64,000 bases of DNA from Candidatus Omnitrophota bacterium (lineage in GTDB: Bacteria > Omnitrophota > Gorgyraeia > Tantalellales > Tantalellaceae). Location: positions 752 to 64,751 of the forward strand of contig JBAROK010000036.1 in assembly GCA_049642065.1 (NCBI GenBank). The letters are read 5' to 3'. The notes below the pieces were generated by a model. That model saw only the letters and a program-made list of their open reading frames with translations, ran no database searches and was not told the origin of the DNA. Within the stretch, counting starts at the first letter, position 1, and every line of letters starts with the position of its first letter. Positions 59,727-64,000 of this stretch are shown one piece after another. A program made the translations under genes and the position numbers.

Positions 59727-60757
59727 AAGCCTTCCTCCTCGAAATTCTTCGTTCTTACCATACTAAGAAAAATATCCGTAATAACAGGATCAAGTTTTCT
59801 TCCTCTTTCTTCCTCGATTATCTCAAGCGCTTTTTTGCGCGAATACCCTTTACGGTACGGCCGATCCGCGGTCAAAGCTTCATAAATATCCGCTACGCTT
59901 AACACCCTTGCTTCCAAAGGTATATTCTCTCCCTTAATACCATTAGGATATCCGCTACCATCGTAATTTTCGTGATGATTGGCCATGATCGGTATTATAT
60001 CCCTCAGAAAATAGACCAAGCGTATCACATCAGCACCCCAATGCGGATGTTTCTTGATCTCCACGAACTCTTCATTGGTAAGCTTACCATTCTTAAAAAG
60101 TATTTTATCGTCTATAGCCATCTTCCCGAGGTCGTGAAGAAGCGATGCTACTTTAAGCTTACCGATACTCGTCATATCCATCTTAAGTTTTTTAGCAAGC
60201 CTAACCGCGATATGCATAACCCGGACTGCGTGTTGCGCTGTTTCCGGATCGCTGACCTTGGAAGCGGCAAATAGTGTCTCGACGACTTCCTGATACGCCG
60301 TATGCAATTTACTCGATTTCAGGTTATGCTGTTTCACCTTATTGCGTTTGGATGGGCGCTCTCCTTCCCGGCCGATGACCATATAGAAAAAAGTCCGCTT
60401 TTCTTTTAAAGGAAGCGTCAGCCAGCAGAAATACTTTTCATCATCACACTGGGTTTTAACAGGTGCTTCAAACCTGCAGATCTCTTTTTTCCGTTTAACT
60501 TCGTCAAATATCTCCCTGACTTCTTCGCGACCCTCTTCCGGGATAACCCTGTTTATCCAATTCGCGCCCATTACCTGTTTGTTTGAAAGTCCGAAAAAAT
60601 CAAGATGCATCTTATTCGCAAAAACCGCTCTGCCGCGGGAATCGGTGACCATCACGCACGCGTCAACGTTCTGCAGGAGCTTCTCAAAAAACAAACCCCA
60701 TAAAATAGTGCTTCTATCGATACTTTTCTTTTTAATCTTTTTCTTTCTCTTCTCCAT
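59723..60757 (-). CDS. PAS-domain HD-GYP phosphodiesterase
   Basis: N-terminal PAS; HD motif HDLGK and HHENYDGSGYP. Confidence 0.85.
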   Translation of the reverse strand: MEKRKKKIKKKSIDRSTILWGLFFEKLLQNVDACVMVTDSRGRAVFANKMHLDFFGLSNKQVMGANWINRVIPEEGREEVREIFDEVKRKKEICRFEAPVKTQCDDEKYFCWLTLPLKEKRTFFYMVIGREGERPSKRNKVKQHNLKSSKLHTAYQEVVETLFAASKVSDPETAQHAVRVMHIAVRLAKKLKMDMTSIGKLKVASLLHDLGKMAIDDKILFKNGKLTNEEFVEIKKHPHWGADVIRLVYFLRDIIPIMANHHENYDGSGYPNGIKGENIPLEARVLSVADIYEALTADRPYRKGYSRKKALEIIEEERGRKLDPVITDIFLSMVRTKNFEEEGF

Positions 60758-61253
60758 TCAATATCACTTTTATCCTTTCTACTACCGCACCTATATTTAA
60801 ATCTGTGGTATCCACGTGAAAATCCGCTTTTTCGTAAAAAGGTCTCCTGTAATCCAACAGTTCCTTTATTTGTTTCTCCGGATCTTCAACATTAAGAAGC
60901 GGTCTGTGCCCATGCGCCAGTGTCCGCTGGCGTATGGTATGCGGCTCGGCCCAGAGACATATAACCACTCCGCTTTTTTTGAGCGCGTCCATGTTCTCCT
61001 CGTCAAGAACCACTCCGCCTCCGGTATCTACCACTAGATCCGTCTTCCCGGAGACTTCTTTTACTACCTCTTTTTCTACTTTTCTGAAGTACGGTTCACC
61101 TTCATCCCGGAATATGTCGTTTATCTCCCTATTCTCCCGGGCCACGATGAGTTCATCTACACTCACATATTCCTTACCAAACTCATCCGCAACAGCTTTT
61201 GCTACTGCAGTCTTACCTGTACCCATGAACCCTATTATAACGACATTCTTCAA
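60732..61253 (-). CDS. aroK: Shikimate kinase
   Basis: IIGFMGTGKT P-loop. Start inferred at TTG 61251-61253, with AAGGAG 7 nt upstream; the longer ORF would overlap aroC by 71 nt. Confidence 0.8.
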   Translation of the reverse strand: MKNVVIIGFMGTGKTAVAKAVADEFGKEYVSVDELIVARENREINDIFRDEGEPYFRKVEKEVVKEVSGKTDLVVDTGGGVVLDEENMDALKKSGVVICLWAEPHTIRQRTLAHGHRPLLNVEDPEKQIKELLDYRRPFYEKADFHVDTTDLNIGAVVERIKVILNGEEKEKD

Positions 61254-61254
61254 A

Positions 61255-62388
61255 TTACATCTCCTTAAGCGCTTTGGTATATCCCTCGTGGTTCCTTTTA
61301 GTCTCACTGAGTGTATCACCGCCAAACTTATCGAGTAAAGCCGAAGCCAGTTCGATGGCCACGACAGATTCGGCTACCACGCCGCAGGCAGCTACCGCTG
61401 AAACGTCCGAACGTTCCGTAGCAGCTGCAGCTTCTTTTTTAGTATTAATATCCACCGACTTTAGCGGATTGCCAAGCGTGGATATGGGTTTCATGAAACC
61501 TGTAAGGATTATAGGCTGACCGTTAGTAACTCCGCCTTCCAGCCCTCCGGCGTTATTGCTGGACCTGATGAACGCTTTAGCGGATTTATCATACTCTATC
61601 GGATCGTGTGTCTCCGATCCCTTCTTACCGGCACACTCTATTCCTTTACCTATGGAAACCGCCTTTACTGCCGGTATAGCCATAACCGCACGCGCTAAGG
61701 CACCGTCAAGCCGCATGTCCCACTGGGCGTAACTTCCAAGCCCAGGAGGAACCCCGTCTGTTATGACCTCAAAAGTACCGCCGAGCGTATCTTTATCTTC
61801 TTTAGCTTTGTCAATCGCTTCACATATAAGTTTTTCAGCTTTTTTATCGGCGCACCGTACTTTCGAACAGGAAACATCCGACTTCTTTTGCACTTCATCA
61901 AAAGAAAGCCCTTCGGTATCAGCCTCAATGCCGCCTATCATCGTGACATGGCTAAGCACACGTATCCCAAATTCCTTTAACAAGAGTTTTGCAACCGCTC
62001 CGGCAGCAACCCGCATGGCAGTCTCACGCGCGCTCGCTCTTTCAAGAACGTCCCTAGCGTCTTTAAACCCGAACTTATGCATGCCTGCTAGGTCAGCATG
62101 TCCCGGCCTGGGACTTTTTACCTCAGGAAGCTCTTCTATCTTATAATCCTTGTTGGTTATCATTATGCCTACAGGACTGCCTATAGTAACACCTTTGCGA
62201 CACCCGCTTATAAATTCCGGCTTTTCAGGTTCTATAGCCATACGGCCGCCTCTTCCATAACCGTGCATCCTTCGTTTAAGTTCGGTTGCAACGAACTCCT
62301 CGTCCATAGTAAGACCTGCCGGTACCCCATCCAGTATAACCATTATCCCTTTTCCGTGCGATTCTCCTGCGGTCATATACCTTAACAT
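61255..62388 (-). CDS. aroC: Chorismate synthase
   Basis: N-terminal TAGESHG motif; 377 aa. Confidence 0.9.
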   Translation of the reverse strand: MLRYMTAGESHGKGIMVILDGVPAGLTMDEEFVATELKRRMHGYGRGGRMAIEPEKPEFISGCRKGVTIGSPVGIMITNKDYKIEELPEVKSPRPGHADLAGMHKFGFKDARDVLERASARETAMRVAAGAVAKLLLKEFGIRVLSHVTMIGGIEADTEGLSFDEVQKKSDVSCSKVRCADKKAEKLICEAIDKAKEDKDTLGGTFEVITDGVPPGLGSYAQWDMRLDGALARAVMAIPAVKAVSIGKGIECAGKKGSETHDPIEYDKSAKAFIRSSNNAGGLEGGVTNGQPIILTGFMKPISTLGNPLKSVDINTKKEAAAATERSDVSAVAACGVVAESVVAIELASALLDKFGGDTLSETKRNHEGYTKALKEM

Positions 62389-62404
62389 GACTGTCTCCTT
62401 TTCA

Positions 62405-63175
62405 TTACAAACTGAAAAACAAATAATTCAGTATCTTGTCCCCATAAAGCAAACTTATAAGCGCACCCAACGAGAGGTAAGGACCGTACGCTATAACTTC
62501 TTTTCTGAACCTGATCTTCATGAATAGGCCGACTCCCGCGCCCAGAATCGGTGCCAGAAAAAAAGTCAAAAGCACCATCTTCCAGCCCAAAAAAGCCCCT
62601 ATCATACCCATGAGTTTTACGTCTCCTCCGCCCAGAGCCTCTTTCTTGAAAATAAGCTCACCTGCCATACCCAGAAGGAACATGCTTCCGCCTCCCGCCA
62701 GAATACCTAAACCTGAGTTCAAAAACGACTTCAGGTAAGAAGCGGACCCATCAAGCCTGAGCGCGGTCATTAAAATGAGTCCGATGAATATACCAGAGAC
62801 ACTTATAACGTCCGGTATCTCCTGATGTTCTATGTCTATAGCTGCTATGATAATAAGCGCGCACGAGAAGAACCAGTAGACAAAGAATTTTGGTGTCAGC
62901 GTAAAATAATATAAAAGCGCTATACCGATAAGCGCTGTCGCCAGCTCAACAAAAAAATACCGAACAGGTATCGGCGTGCCACAGCTTCGGCACCTGCGCC
63001 TTAAAACTATAAAACTTATAAGCGGTATATTATCAAACCACTTTATCGGTTTCGTGCAAAAAGGACAAAAAGAACGGGGGCCGACTATGGATTTGCCAAG
63101 AGGCAACCTGTAAATACATACGTTCAAAAAACTGCCGATTATAGTTCCGAAAATAAATACTAAGATATACTCCAT
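62405..63175 (-). CDS. pilD: Prepilin peptidase (A24, type IV leader peptidase / N-methyltransferase)
   Basis: N-terminal CPFC...CRSC zinc motif; polytopic; 256 aa. Confidence 0.85.
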   Translation of the reverse strand: MEYILVFIFGTIIGSFLNVCIYRLPLGKSIVGPRSFCPFCTKPIKWFDNIPLISFIVLRRRCRSCGTPIPVRYFFVELATALIGIALLYYFTLTPKFFVYWFFSCALIIIAAIDIEHQEIPDVISVSGIFIGLILMTALRLDGSASYLKSFLNSGLGILAGGGSMFLLGMAGELIFKKEALGGGDVKLMGMIGAFLGWKMVLLTFFLAPILGAGVGLFMKIRFRKEVIAYGPYLSLGALISLLYGDKILNYLFFSL

Positions 63176-63178
63176 TTG

Positions 63179-64000
63179 CTAGTTTCCTAACTTTTCCAGA
63201 GCGGCTTCTTTCATAACAGCTCTTGTCTCTTCAACATCTTTTCCGGTCCAGAGGCTGAAAGCTATAGCTCCCTGTCCCACCAGCATACCCAAGCCCCCTG
63301 AAGCGGTAAGCCCTTTTCCTTTTGCTACCTTTACCAGTTCAGTTTCGCGCGCATATACCAAATCGTATACTGTCATCCCCGGCTGGAGCACATCAAGCGG
63401 TACCGGCGTGCTATCAGATTCCTTGGTACCCAAAGGCGTGGCATTGACAGCCAGGTCGCATCCTTTAGCTTCTTCAGCTGATGAAGCCGTTTCCATACTT
63501 GAAACCGTAAACCCTGAACTCAGATATTTTTCGTAAATATCCATCAGCTCTTTAAGCTTACCCTTGTCCACATCATAGACCCTTACCATTTCGGGAAGAT
63601 CTTCTTGCTGGGTAGCCATATATATCGCCAGCACCCTGCCGGCACCGCCGGCACCGGCAATGAATATTTTTTTGCCTTTTAAGCTGAATCCCGCGTCACT
63701 TTTAAGGGACTGATGAAAACCCCTCCCATCAGTGTTATCCAGGAACACGGATTTACCCTCTACCTTCACGGTATTAACGGATTCTATAACGCTTACCCAC
63801 GCGTGCTTTTCAACCTCAAGCAACGAGCACCCTTCCAATAATTCCCTTATTTTTATCTTGTATGGCACGGTAACATTAAACCCGCTCAATTTACCGCTGA
63901 GGATATTCTCGCTAAGAAATTCGGTCAGCTGATCTTCTTCTATATCGAAAAGCTTATATTCCGCAGGAATGCCAAAATGCTCAAAAGCGGCATTGTGCAT
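63179..64000 (-). CDS. aroE: Shikimate dehydrogenase, N-terminus truncated by the window end
   Basis: LMHNAAFEHFGI... motif at the window edge; NADP-binding GAGGAGR. Confidence 0.85.
   Translation of the reverse strand: MHNAAFEHFGIPAEYKLFDIEEDQLTEFLSENILSGKLSGFNVTVPYKIKIRELLEGCSLLEVEKHAWVSVIESVNTVKVEGKSVFLDNTDGRGFHQSLKSDAGFSLKGKKIFIAGAGGAGRVLAIYMATQQEDLPEMVRVYDVDKGKLKELMDIYEKYLSSGFTVSSMETASSAEEAKGCDLAVNATPLGTKESDSTPVPLDVLQPGMTVYDLVYARETELVKVAKGKGLTASGGLGMLVGQGAIAFSLWTGKDVEETRAVMKEAALEKLGN

Noticed and set aside
1-64000. Searched for CRISPR repeats, insertion sequences, integrases with att sites, toxin-antitoxin pairs and retron-like ncRNA
   Set aside because: None found. There are no direct-repeat arrays and no transposase or reverse-transcriptase motifs. 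The only recombinase is a XerC/D-type tyrosine recombinase with housekeeping context next to topA and dprA.

Overview
Compact, ~97% coding bacterial core-genome segment in which every supportable gene (about 65) lies on the minus strand. No CRISPR array, integron or defence island is visible, and the only recombinase is a XerC/D-type tyrosine recombinase of the housekeeping site-specific kind. Judged from the sequence alone: this is not an accessory region, and I cannot honestly nominate a discrete novel system.

Contents, in plus-strand coordinate order:
- The 5' end of a 16S rRNA gene (positions 1-23, minus strand, reading out of the window), with its promoter and boxA-like leader, directly downstream of tyrS.
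- A Cys-rich DUF2148-like protein, then rpsA, plsC and cmk.
- Aromatic amino-acid genes: tyrA, an Ibeta-type DAHP synthase, a hisC-like aminotransferase and pheA.
- scpB, scpA and trpS, then infB, nusA and rimP.
- pgl, followed by a small non-housekeeping patch: a secreted MORN/YwqK-repeat protein, an FNR-like FAD/NAD oxidoreductase and an orphan STAS protein.
- The proS-ispG-rseP-dxr-cdsA-uppS block, an OmpA-like lipoprotein and purA.
- A proline-rich secreted repeat protein and an orphan LeuA/NifV-family synthase.
- serA with a class V aminotransferase, then clpP, tig and hpf.
- A very long co-directional LPS supraoperon: lptB, an lptC/A-like gene, lpxL, the queF-queE-queC-queD cluster, kdsC, kdsD, kdsA, kdsB, an HldE kinase domain, trxA, three GT9 heptosyltransferase genes with a macro-domain gene among them, a GT4, a GT4-GT9 fusion, an LpxL-ELM1-like fusion, lpxK and waaA.
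- xerC/D, topA, dprA, a PAS/HD-GYP protein, aroK, aroC, a prepilin peptidase and a partial aroE.

The organism is probably an anaerobic diderm of uncertain lineage. LPS genes and the DUF2148 protein point that way, as do the many charged low-complexity tails and the moderate GC.

Most interesting items:
- A promoter-proximal intrinsic terminator (attenuator) in the rimP-nusA-infB leader.
- A perfect CRP-consensus palindrome upstream of hpf, with rpoN missing from the conserved lptB-rpoN-hpf arrangement.
- A queuosine-precursor operon embedded inside the Kdo/Lpt operon.
- Two unusual fusion proteins in the LPS core cluster.
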